A stretch of DNA of 64,000 bases, from assembly GCA_041674405.1 (NCBI GenBank), contig JBAYVT010000002.1, forward strand, positions 87,158 to 151,157, written 5' to 3'. How positions within the stretch are numbered: position 1 is the stretch's first letter; every line of letters begins with the position of its first letter. Of this stretch, positions 39,088-47,721 are shown piece after piece. Made by a program: the position numbers and the translations under genes. Below the pieces are notes generated by a model. The model worked only from the letters and a program-made list of their open reading frames with translations. It searched no databases and was not told the DNA's origin. This DNA comes from Patescibacteria group bacterium. GTDB lineage: Bacteria; Patescibacteriota; UBA1384; XYA2-FULL-43-10.

Positions 39088-39315
39088 TCACTGGTTTCCG
39101 GCTAGCACTTTCGCACCCAAATCTCGAAGCTCAATAAACAACTCCTCAGCTTCGCTCGAGAGCATAGCAGTAAGATCCGCAAGATCAATCTTGTCGAGAA
39201 GTTCAGAGGCCTTGAGGGAAAACTGCCTTTTTTGACCCTCGTGTACCCCTGCGTCTTCCGCATTTAGATTGAAATTGCTCACGTACCGCATTACGTCATC
39301 AGTCGTCGACGGCAT
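39088..39315 (-). CDS. hypothetical small protein
   Basis: A 75-aa ORF with a GC-rich hairpin at its 3' end (39057..39087). Confidence 0.3.
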   Translation of the reverse strand: MPSTTDDVMRYVSNFNLNAEDAGVHEGQKRQFSLKASELLDKIDLADLTAMLSSEAEELFIELRDLGAKVLAGNQ

Positions 39316-39390
39316 GGCCTTGCCCCCTTCCTAGAAGTCAGTACTCAATTCGTAGCACAAGAATTATGAAAATTCTATGAATTTCTACAC

Positions 39391-39423
39391 AAAAAAAATC
39401 AGGCAATGCCTGACTTGTTTTTT
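39391..39423. terminator. terminator hairpin TCAGGCA-A-TGCCTGA flanked by A8 and T-tract, downstream of HD-domain gene
   Basis: Read directly from the sequence. It is symmetric and so potentially bidirectional. Confidence 0.6.
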
Positions 39424-39433
39424 GAATCAATAA

Positions 39434-40027
39434 TTAGAGCTCTATGTTGCTTGCGATTTGTTTCATTGAATCGAGGCAAATCTCGATGAATTTATCTACG
39501 GGAATGTTGAGACCATCCGCTTTCTCGCACATTGAGACTTCATCTCGTCTCGTACCAGCTGCAAATCTTGGTTCTTTGTGAAACCTTTTTGTGACAGATT
39601 TTAGCTTCACTTCATCCAACTTTTTTGATGGATAAACGAGAGCGACCGCGGTAATCAAGCCCGTTAGGCTGTCGGCACAGAAAATCGCCCACTCTGCTTT
39701 ACTCTCCGGATAGATTTTAGTTAACTCCGGACCGTGCGCTTTCACAATCCGGTCGACTTTATCCGAAATCTCAAGCTTATATTTTGCAAGGACCTCGCGC
39801 GTTTTATGCGGATGATCAGCTTTATTTTCTTCAGAGTAATCAATGTCGTGGATTAGCCCAGCAAGAGCCCACTCATCGCGATCATCATCCGCTCCTAGTT
39901 TGTTTTGCTCTTTTAAATAATCAAAAATCCCGCCCATGCAGGCTTCAAGCGCCAGAGAATGATAAAAAATATTGGTTTCAAGCTCCGCCCTTATCGCCTC
40001 CAAATATTTTTGCCTATCATAGGTCAT
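39434..40027 (-). CDS. HD-domain phosphohydrolase
   Basis: 197 aa with …HSLALEAC… and …GLIHDIDY… His/Asp metal ligands. Confidence 0.7.
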   Translation of the reverse strand: MTYDRQKYLEAIRAELETNIFYHSLALEACMGGIFDYLKEQNKLGADDDRDEWALAGLIHDIDYSEENKADHPHKTREVLAKYKLEISDKVDRIVKAHGPELTKIYPESKAEWAIFCADSLTGLITAVALVYPSKKLDEVKLKSVTKRFHKEPRFAAGTRRDEVSMCEKADGLNIPVDKFIEICLDSMKQIASNIEL

Positions 40028-40032
40028 TTCTT

Positions 40033-40944
40033 TTACTTTCCCAAAACTTGAAAATAATAGGAAAAAATTTTGTTTTTTATCGCAGCCGAAAGAAACATTC
40101 CAGCAGCAAAACTCATTAAAATATCTTGTGAAAAAATTGGACCAAATAATTTACCCTTCCACGTAGTTCTCCCCAATATATGCAATGATCTTTCTCGCAG
40201 CATATCTGCAGTCGGAATTACCAGGTTAGAGATAACATCATTTTTTTCAATAATCATTTTTGCTTTTTCAACATCTTTTTTGAATTTTTCAATTGATTCG
40301 AATTCATCTACCGCCATTCCTTTCGCCACCAACGATTTTATCAATAGCTCATTTTCCGAGAGACCAGATTCATCTCTCACAGAATACATGTCGAAACAGA
40401 TGAAGACCCCTCCCGGTTTTAGAACTCTCTTAATCTCTTCGAGAACTTTGGTTTTATTGCTAGTATGACAAATCGTCTCAATTGCAAAAACAATCTCAAA
40501 AGAATCTTCCTCATACAAACTTAGATCGTGATAATCGCCAACAACCTGAGAAAAATTCTTATTTTTTCGATATCTCGCAAGTGGTTTAAGAGAATAGTCT
40601 AGCGCAAAAAAACTGATTGATGGATATTTTGAGGCAAGTAACCCGCTATTAGCGCCATTTCCAGCTCCTAGCTCTAAAATTTTTTTTGCTTTTAGGCTCT
40701 CAATATATTTCTCAATAATTTTGATTGGCCCCAGATAGTCTAACTTTTTGAATTTTCCGTCATACGACAAACCGGAGTGCATCATGCCACTACGATCGTA
40801 AAAAATGATATACGGCAGTCTATTGATCCTGTAGTACTTTTTAACCCCCTTGCCCTGATATTCATTTTTGAGCACAGCATCAATGTCTATCCGTTTCCGC
40901 ACAATGTTTAAATCTTGATTGATTTTTTGGTCAATGATATTCAT
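40033..40944 (-). CDS. class I SAM-dependent methyltransferase
   Basis: 303 aa with motif I ILELGAGNGANSGLLA. Confidence 0.7.
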   Translation of the reverse strand: MNIIDQKINQDLNIVRKRIDIDAVLKNEYQGKGVKKYYRINRLPYIIFYDRSGMMHSGLSYDGKFKKLDYLGPIKIIEKYIESLKAKKILELGAGNGANSGLLASKYPSISFFALDYSLKPLARYRKNKNFSQVVGDYHDLSLYEEDSFEIVFAIETICHTSNKTKVLEEIKRVLKPGGVFICFDMYSVRDESGLSENELLIKSLVAKGMAVDEFESIEKFKKDVEKAKMIIEKNDVISNLVIPTADMLRERSLHILGRTTWKGKLFGPIFSQDILMSFAAGMFLSAAIKNKIFSYYFQVLGK

Positions 40945-40955
40945 GTTTACCTTAT

Positions 40956-41042
40956 TGGTGCTCGGGAGAGGACTTGAACCTCCATGGATGTTACTCCGCT
41001 AGCTCCTAAGGCTAGTGCGTCTACCATTTCGCCACCCGAGCA
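40956..41042 (-). tRNA. tRNA-Leu (anticodon TAG), long variable arm
   Basis: Anticodon stem-loop CTAGC-CTTAGGA-GCTAG and acceptor GCTCGGG/CCCGAGC. Confidence 0.85.
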
Positions 41043-41074
41043 TTATTGAACATACGAATTATAGCAAAAAAAGA

Positions 41075-41731
41075 TTATATTGTCACGAGGTCGGCAAGCT
41101 TTTCGAAGGTCTTGTCGCCAATTCCTTTTACATTTTTGAGCTCTTCTATCGATTTAAATCCGCCATGTTGAGTTCGATAGTCAATGATTCGAGTCGCATA
41201 TGCCGTGCCGATGCCTGGTAACGTGTCTAGCTGTGCCGCCGTAGCGGTATTAAGATTAATCTTTCCAACAGGTTTGTTTGCCGATGACGCCGACACCGAA
41301 GTCGAAGCGCCGGCTATCTGTCCAGTTTCAGCAGGCGCAGTTGCCGTAACAGCCGCAGAGCTTGACACAGGCGCATTTTGTTTCGACAAATCGCCTATCT
41401 CTGCTTCCAATTTTTCTATTCTTGCATCCTGATCAGTGATTCTCTTCTCAAGCACCGGCTTGAAATAATTTTCGCGATAGAGCAAAAAACCGCCCGAAAG
41501 GAGTATTAGAACAAGCAAGATTCCCCCAATAGCAACCCGATGTCGCTCGACAAATTCCGCGGAAAATATGCTTTCCTCCGGCAAATCGGGTAAAACATTT
41601 TTTATTTTCGGGTCTTCGGGTTTTTTCCTAATATGAATTGAAATCAAAAATCTTCCCCACCCCTCCTTAACAGAGTCCAACTTTCGCCGCCGCCACTCTT
41701 TAAATTTGATCTTTGGCTTTTGCTTCCACAT
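41075..41731 (-). CDS. comEA: ComEA-like DNA-binding protein (TM anchor + tandem helix-hairpin-helix)
   Basis: The C-terminus is …INLNTATAAQLDTLPGIGTAYATRIIDYRTQHGGFKSIEELKNVKGIGDKTFEKL…. Confidence 0.7.
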   Translation of the reverse strand: MWKQKPKIKFKEWRRRKLDSVKEGWGRFLISIHIRKKPEDPKIKNVLPDLPEESIFSAEFVERHRVAIGGILLVLILLSGGFLLYRENYFKPVLEKRITDQDARIEKLEAEIGDLSKQNAPVSSSAAVTATAPAETGQIAGASTSVSASSANKPVGKINLNTATAAQLDTLPGIGTAYATRIIDYRTQHGGFKSIEELKNVKGIGDKTFEKLADLVTI

Positions 41732-41770
41732 TTTGGTTACTAGTTTTAAGTTTTAAATTGAAATTTTGAG

Positions 41771-43897
41771 TTATTCTAAGTGTTTATGCGTTAAAAATTC
41801 ATCAATTTTCTCCATAACTGCCGGATATTTTTCAATATTATTCGTAACGATCTTTGCCCCTTCCGCCGCTTCATCGATGAGCTCGATGTCGGAATACGAT
41901 GCCATCCTGAGCTCATTATACCCCGACTGTATGGTTCCAAACATATCACCAGCCCCGCGGTTCTTAAGATCTTGCTCTGCCAGCTTGAACCCATCAAGAA
42001 TGTTTTCAAAAGATTTCAGTCGCTCTATCGCCCGCGGGTTCTGGGTACTTGAAAATACAAAGCAGAAGGACTGATGCTCGCCACGGCCAACTCTGCCACG
42101 GAATTGATGCAATTGTGCCAGCCCAAACCGCTCAGCATCTTCGATCATCATGATCGTTGCATTCGGAATATCCACCCCTACCTCGACCACCGATGTAGAT
42201 ACCAATATATCAAGTTTACAAGCTTTAAATTCAGCCATTATTTCGTCTTTTGATTTTCCGCCTTTGGCGAGACCTCGCCTGCCCCGTCGGGGCGAGGCGG
42301 GCATTCGACCGTGGAGCATTCCAATCTTTAGATCAGGAAAGATCTGTTTGCTCAATCGATTGTATTCCGCCATTACCGATTTTCTATCTTCGTCGAATAG
42401 TGTTTCTCTCGTTTGCGCTTCCGATTCTTCAATCAGCGGGCAAATCACAAAGGCTTGGCGGCCAGATTGAATCTGCCGGCGAATGAAGTCATATGCTTTT
42501 AGCCTATTTGTCTCCTCAACAAATCTGGTTTTGATCGGTTTTCGGCCTTTCGGCATGGATTTGATAATCGACAAGTCAAGATCGCCGAAGAGCGCGAGAT
42601 GCAATGATCTTGGAATTGGCGTCGCTGTCATCGATAGAAAGTGCGGCCTTAACCCTTCTCTGCTCTTCGTGAGTTCCGCCCGTTGATTTACACCGAATCT
42701 ATGTTGTTCGTCCACGATCACGAGCCCCAAGTTCTTGATTTCAACTTTGCCCTGAACCAAAGAATGCGTCCCCACTATCACCTGCCTCTCGAGCTCGCCC
42801 GCAACATTTGCCTTTCTCGTAGAGGAAGTCAAAAGCCCGACTGAAACATCTGATTTTTCTAAAAGCTTATTAAGTGTTTCAAAATGCTGTTTGGCAAGGA
42901 TCTCTGTCGGCGCCATAAGTGCCGTTCGGAAGCCGGCTTTCGCAGCAATGTAGGCAGCGAATGCAGCAACCGCAGTTTTTCCGCTCCCGACATCCCCGTT
43001 AAGTAGCCTATTCATTGGTTTTTTTAATGCTAGATCTTTAGCGATTTGCCAAACAGCCTTTTTCTGATCGGTGGTAAGCTCGAATGGCAGAGCATCTGCA
43101 AATTTCTTAAGTTCGGGATCTGCGGTCTCAATTTTTGGGGCTGATTCTGTTGCGATCTCTTCCTTGATTAATTGCGAACGGATGGCAATCAGAAATAATT
43201 CGTCGAATGCTATTCTCCGCCTCGCTTTCGATAAGGCTTGCGAATCCTCCGGCTCGTGGATATTTTTCAGAGCCGACCGGATTCCTAAGAGATCATATTT
43301 ATCTAAAATGGGTTGTGGTAAATATTCCTCAAGTTTTGAGATTTGTCCGCCAGCCGGCGGATTAATATTTGAGATCAATCGAGCTATGAAGTAGCTCGAC
43401 ACACCCGCCGTCTCAGGATAAACTGGAACAATTTTTGGCCGGTTCGCTCGGTTTGGCGACTCCATCACAAGCGAATGAGAAAAAGAATCGTAGGAAACTT
43501 TGCCGTTTAATATAACTTCGGATCCAGCTTTCAGCATTTTTGCCAAGTATGGTTGATTAAACCAAACAACTTTGAGCGATCCGGAGTTGTCTTCAACTAC
43601 TGCTTCTGTCACGGTAAACCCCCTGCGTCTCGTTCTTTTATTGGCAATGCCCACTACTCGAGCTCGGATCGTGAAGTTATTAGTTTTTAGTTCTAAGTTA
43701 TTAGTTAAGTTACTAATTTTAGTGACTTGGGTATAGTCTTTATATCTTCGTGGATAATGATAAATCAAATCTTGGGCTGTATAAATTCCCAGCTTATTGA
43801 GCTTCGGTGCAACCTTTGGCCCGACACCCTTCAAATATTTAATTTCGGTATTTAAATTTATTTCCATTTCACCAACATTATACTTTATACTTTTCAC
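41771..43897 (-). CDS. recG: ATP-dependent DNA helicase RecG
   Basis: 708 aa with an N-terminal wedge domain (…YHYPRRYKDY…) and helicase motifs (…GDVGSGKT…DEQHRFG…). Confidence 0.9.
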   Translation of the reverse strand: MKSIKYNVGEMEINLNTEIKYLKGVGPKVAPKLNKLGIYTAQDLIYHYPRRYKDYTQVTKISNLTNNLELKTNNFTIRARVVGIANKRTRRRGFTVTEAVVEDNSGSLKVVWFNQPYLAKMLKAGSEVILNGKVSYDSFSHSLVMESPNRANRPKIVPVYPETAGVSSYFIARLISNINPPAGGQISKLEEYLPQPILDKYDLLGIRSALKNIHEPEDSQALSKARRRIAFDELFLIAIRSQLIKEEIATESAPKIETADPELKKFADALPFELTTDQKKAVWQIAKDLALKKPMNRLLNGDVGSGKTAVAAFAAYIAAKAGFRTALMAPTEILAKQHFETLNKLLEKSDVSVGLLTSSTRKANVAGELERQVIVGTHSLVQGKVEIKNLGLVIVDEQHRFGVNQRAELTKSREGLRPHFLSMTATPIPRSLHLALFGDLDLSIIKSMPKGRKPIKTRFVEETNRLKAYDFIRRQIQSGRQAFVICPLIEESEAQTRETLFDEDRKSVMAEYNRLSKQIFPDLKIGMLHGRMPASPRRGRRGLAKGGKSKDEIMAEFKACKLDILVSTSVVEVGVDIPNATIMMIEDAERFGLAQLHQFRGRVGRGEHQSFCFVFSSTQNPRAIERLKSFENILDGFKLAEQDLKNRGAGDMFGTIQSGYNELRMASYSDIELIDEAAEGAKIVTNNIEKYPAVMEKIDEFLTHKHLE

Positions 43898-44508
43898 TTT
43901 GCACTATCACAGGTATTGACATTTATTGACCAGCGTGATATAAGTGATCTTGTCGTACCGCGAAGCTTAGGCTCGCGGATCTTCGTCAGGGAGGTAGTGC
44001 CAATGCTCGATCGTCTCGGTCACCGTCTCGCGAAGTCGCCGATATCGTACCCGGTTCTCGGGAAGACCATCGCCGCGATGTCGCGAGTGACCCGCTGGGT
44101 CCAGCGGGTGCACGAGATGCCTGGCTAGCGGTTCCACCCTGCGGACGTCCGGATAGGTGGCTGTTGAACTGGCCGTAAGATCCGGACAGCGGAAGGTGGG
44201 AGCCGGCGGTTGCGTCGTAGGTCGCAAGGACCAACGCGCCGCCGGCTCCCGCCGGCAAGCCTCATCCATCCTTTCTTCTCGGAGGTGCTATCATTATCCT
44301 CCCCACTTCCGAGATTGGTGGAGAAGGAGTTCCCTGGCGGACGCTCCCTCTCCACCACCGCCCCCCAAGACAGGGCACATCGTCGGTTCCCAAACCGGTG
44401 CTCTGTCTGAGTGTAATGCGCCGACCTCCTCGAGGCCGGCGCTTTTGCGTCTAATGAGGGTATTCTAACTTCTGTGATCTTCAGTGAAACAATTCTGTGA
44501 TCGTATAT

Positions 44509-44537
44509 TTGACTTAATGCAGAGCTTCGTATATATT
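44509..44537 (+). promoter_or_regulatory. sigma70-like promoter TTGACT-N17-TATATT inside the GC-rich island
   Basis: A near-consensus -35/-10. About 360 nt downstream there is a stem-loop plus T-run (AGAGCG…CGCTCTCGCTCTTTTTATTT, about 44873..44912), which would delimit a structured transcript. Confidence 0.45.
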
Positions 44538-44986
44538 ATTTCCGTCGCACTCATCAACTGCCCACGGGAGGGACAACCACTTGCTCACCATGCTGTTTCT
44601 GATGTTGACGTTGATGGCGATCTTGCCACGGCCAGCCCTCCTGTTGGGGCTGATCAGCTTTTTCGGTCGGCGGAGCTCGCCCCCCTGCGATCCCGCTCCG
44701 GTCCTGGAGAGACCGGTCTCTGGCGCCGAGCCATCGGGCCAGGGAAAGTATCAGATGAATGTGTGGGGGTCTGAAGGACCCACCGTTGCCCCGGCCTTGC
44801 AAGCCCAAGTTTTTTCACGAGTGTCTTCAGGACACTCCTATCGCCTTACAAGCGACTTACTGACAGAGCGGCCCCTGGTATGGGTCGCTCTCGCTCTTTT
44901 TATTTAAGCTTATCAATATTATGATATAATGCTCTTGCAGAACGCCAACAGATTTTCCACGTCGGATAACGAAGGAGGGTTGTGCT

Positions 44987-45049
44987 ATGAGGGTTCTGTT
45001 CTCTGCCTTGGCATTGCTGGTGCTGGTGGCGCTGGTGGTCGTGGCCTAG
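44987..45049 (+). CDS. 20-aa hydrophobic peptide MRVLFSALALLVLVALVVVA
   Basis: SD AAGGAGGG sits 7 nt upstream of the ATG. A stem-loop (AACGACGGC…GCCGTCGTT, about 45128..45153) and a T-rich tract follow. It resembles a type I toxin or leader peptide. Confidence 0.35.
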   Translation: MRVLFSALALLVLVALVVVA

Positions 45050-45209
45050 GTCCTAGCAAGAGGACCGCGGTGGCTGGATCAACAGCAAGAATCGGATCAT
45101 CCGCCCTGGGCGGATGGCGAGATTAAAACGACGGCTGTCCCTAGCCGTCGTTTCTCGTCGTATGAGATAGTTGCCCAATAGTTTTTAGTTTTAACATTTG
45201 AGTTTTGAG

Positions 45210-46319
45210 TTATTTAATGTATCCCCCTCCCAAAACTTCATCACCCAAGTAGAACACTGCGGATTGACCGGGAGTAATCGCTCTTTGCGGCTCATCAAAT
45301 TCAACTACAATGTTTTTGATCTTTGATATTTGACCTTTGATCTCGCATGGCACCGCTGCATGCCGATATCTTATTTTGACCTTAAGGCTCATAAGTTCTT
45401 CAGCCCTTAAGTTTTGAGGTTCGATCAACCAATTCAAATCTGTCACCGTCATCTCTTTGCTATATATATCCTCATCGTCACCCACGATCAGTTGGTTTTT
45501 CGAAACATTAAATCCAACCACATAAAGTGGTTTTTTTTGAGTTTTTAGCTGACAGCTTGCAGATTGCAGTTGATCTATTCCTTTGCGTTGTCCGATTGTA
45601 TAATTGACCAATCCTTCGTGAGTCCCGAGTACATTCCCCTCTTTATCGGCAATTTCGCCGGGTTTAAAATATTTCTGATCCAAATATCTTTTCAAAAAAA
45701 AGCGATAATCACGATCACCAAAAAAGCAAATTTCCTGGCTTTCCGGCTTTTCCTTGACCGGCAGATCCCACTTTTTTGCCAGTTCCCGCACATCTTTCTT
45801 CTTCATTTCTCCGAGCGGAAACAGAGTTTTTGATAGCTGATTCTGATTCAATCGATAGAGCATGTAGCTTTGATCCTTGGTGCCGTCGATACCAGCTAAA
45901 AGCTGATAACTGGCTACTGGCAGCTTCTGGATTCGCGCATAATGTCCTGTCGCAAGATAATCACAGCCGATAGAAAGCGCTTTTTTAAGTAGAAGATCAA
46001 ATTTGATTTTTTCATTACAGACAATGCACGGGTTTGGGGTTTTTAATTTTTTGTATTCATCGATGAAATAGTCAACAACATCTTTTTTGAATTCATCCAC
46101 AGCGTTTATAACATAGAACGGGATACCAAGGCCGTGCGCCACCTTTCGCGCGTCTTCGAGCGCCTCATAGTTGCAACATCGATTTTCCTTTACCACATTA
46201 CACATAGGGTCAGACCATAATTTCAAAAAAAGCCCGACTAATTCGTGGCCCTCATCTTTTAACATTTTTGCCACGACGGAAGAATCAACTCCACCGGACA
46301 TTGCGACCGCAATTTTCAT
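45210..46319 (-). CDS. mnmA: tRNA-specific 2-thiouridylase
   Basis: MKIAVAMSGGVDSSVVA... PP-loop with downstream catalytic cysteines. Confidence 0.9.
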   Translation of the reverse strand: MKIAVAMSGGVDSSVVAKMLKDEGHELVGLFLKLWSDPMCNVVKENRCCNYEALEDARKVAHGLGIPFYVINAVDEFKKDVVDYFIDEYKKLKTPNPCIVCNEKIKFDLLLKKALSIGCDYLATGHYARIQKLPVASYQLLAGIDGTKDQSYMLYRLNQNQLSKTLFPLGEMKKKDVRELAKKWDLPVKEKPESQEICFFGDRDYRFFLKRYLDQKYFKPGEIADKEGNVLGTHEGLVNYTIGQRKGIDQLQSASCQLKTQKKPLYVVGFNVSKNQLIVGDDEDIYSKEMTVTDLNWLIEPQNLRAEELMSLKVKIRYRHAAVPCEIKGQISKIKNIVVEFDEPQRAITPGQSAVFYLGDEVLGGGYIK

Positions 46320-47137
46320 TATGCTTGTCTCGTTTCCGCTGATTTAACTAAGTTCGCAAATAGCATCGCTACTGTCATTGGCCCGATTCCACCCGGCACA
46401 GGAGTATAAAAGGACGCCTTGCGATAGCAATTTATATCTATATCACCGCGCAATTCCCCGCCAACCTCGGTGGTCCCCGCATCGATCAAAACCACCCCGT
46501 TTTTGACCATATCCGGCTTGATCAGATTTGCCGTTCCGGTTGCCGAAATGACAATATCGGCATCGGAAGTTATCGTTGCTAGGTATGGCGTCTCTTCATC
46601 AGCAATTCGAATATCGGCATTCTCCGATTCCAGCATACGAGCAAGAGGTGAACCTACTAAAAAGCCTTTGCCAATTATCGCAATTTTTGATTCCTTATAA
46701 TTAATACCGGATCGCTTGATCGCTTCCATTATCGAGATCGTGACTGGCGGCCGGAAATTACAGATTCCACCCCTGCAAAAGTTTAAGCCATCGACATCTT
46801 TTGCCGGATCAATTTGTTTGATTAGGTCATTTAGATTCAAATATTCTGGAATCGGAATCTGGATCATAATTCCATCAACCGATTGATTTTGATTGAGTTC
46901 TAGAATTTTTTTCTCAACTTCTTCTTGAGTTACCTCTGTCGGATATTTGAACAAGTCAAAATGCACACCGATTTTCTCCGCTGCTCGTTCTTTTGACTCA
47001 ATATAACGCGCCGTCGCAAAATCTTCACCGATCCAAATCACCGCAAGAACAGGCTTTTGTTGAAAGCTTGCAACTCGAATTTTCAAATCATCGAGTATTT
47101 CGTTTCTGATTTTTCTGCCATCAAACATGTTCATCAT
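46319..47137 (-). CDS. folD: bifunctional methylene-THF dehydrogenase / methenyl-THF cyclohydrolase
   Basis: 272 aa with …GKGFLVGSPLARML… and a …PVPGGIGPMTVAML… C-terminus. Confidence 0.9.
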   Translation of the reverse strand: MMNMFDGRKIRNEILDDLKIRVASFQQKPVLAVIWIGEDFATARYIESKERAAEKIGVHFDLFKYPTEVTQEEVEKKILELNQNQSVDGIMIQIPIPEYLNLNDLIKQIDPAKDVDGLNFCRGGICNFRPPVTISIMEAIKRSGINYKESKIAIIGKGFLVGSPLARMLESENADIRIADEETPYLATITSDADIVISATGTANLIKPDMVKNGVVLIDAGTTEVGGELRGDIDINCYRKASFYTPVPGGIGPMTVAMLFANLVKSAETRQA

Positions 47138-47198
47138 ATTAACTAATATCTAATAACTAATAACTTAAAACCATTTGAATCAAAACATCTAAAGCTTT

Positions 47199-47597
47199 TC
47201 AATTTTTGAGTTGTATTTTTGATTTGTTTTTGTAATCCTCTATCGCCTTATGAATTCCTTCTGCTGATAGGATCGAACAATGATACTTCTGAGCCGGTAA
47301 TTTGCCCAAGGAGTCATTGATATCATCGCGAGTAATTTCAAGCGCTTCATCCAAAGTTTTGCCCTTAGAAAGATCCGTCATCATCGAGCTTGCGGCGATT
47401 GCTGCGGCACAACCAAGTGTTAAAAATTTAACATCCTCGATATATTCTTTGCCGTCCTTTTTTCCAACTTTGATAGTAATTTTCATCATATCGCCGCATT
47501 TCGGATTGCCGACCTCGCCAATTCCATCGGCATTTTCAATTTCCCCCACATTGTGAGGGCTTGAAAAATGTTTCATTACTTCATCACTATATTGCAT
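47199..47597 (-). CDS. iscU: Fe-S cluster assembly scaffold (IscU/NifU-like)
   Basis: 132 aa with …GNPKCGDMM…LGCAAAIASS…YHCSILS… conserved Cys ligands. Confidence 0.8.
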   Translation of the reverse strand: MQYSDEVMKHFSSPHNVGEIENADGIGEVGNPKCGDMMKITIKVGKKDGKEYIEDVKFLTLGCAAAIAASSMMTDLSKGKTLDEALEITRDDINDSLGKLPAQKYHCSILSAEGIHKAIEDYKNKSKIQLKN

Positions 47598-47721
47598 ATG
47601 CTCCTTATGTAAAAACTTAAATGTAATAACTAATTGAATTACTCCATTGGTTCTTAGATTTAAGTTATTAGTTTTTAGTTAATTGTCCTATGGTTTTTCG
47701 TTTTTCGATATTAGTTTTTAG

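Larger units (their letters stand above)
43900..45205. other. about 1.3-kb G+C-rich non-coding island between recG and mnmA
   Basis: The base composition shifts visibly to GC-rich. Only short mutually overlapping ORFs occur in all frames. There are several long perfect stems (e.g. GGGAGCCGGCGG…CCGCCGGCTCCC at 44197..44249), an internal promoter-like site and terminator-like hairpins. Confidence 0.6.

Noticed and set aside
43676-43730. AAGTTATTAGTTTTTAG-like motif inside recG as a regulatory site
   Set aside because: It is in-frame coding for a low-complexity NLTNNLELKTNN segment of the RecG wedge domain. The resemblance to the intergenic motif is likely due to composition.
44640-44680. tmRNA-like 5' string GGGGCTGAT in the GC-rich island
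   Set aside because: No tRNA-like 3' end (GGTTCGA…CCA) or tag-peptide reading frame could be found nearby. It is probably a chance match.
43900-45205. RNase P RNA / SRP RNA as explanation for the GC-rich island
   Set aside because: I could not find the P4 helix signatures (GGAAAGTCCGG … ACAGAACCCGGCTTA) or the SRP domain IV motif by eye. This is left open for a covariance-model search.
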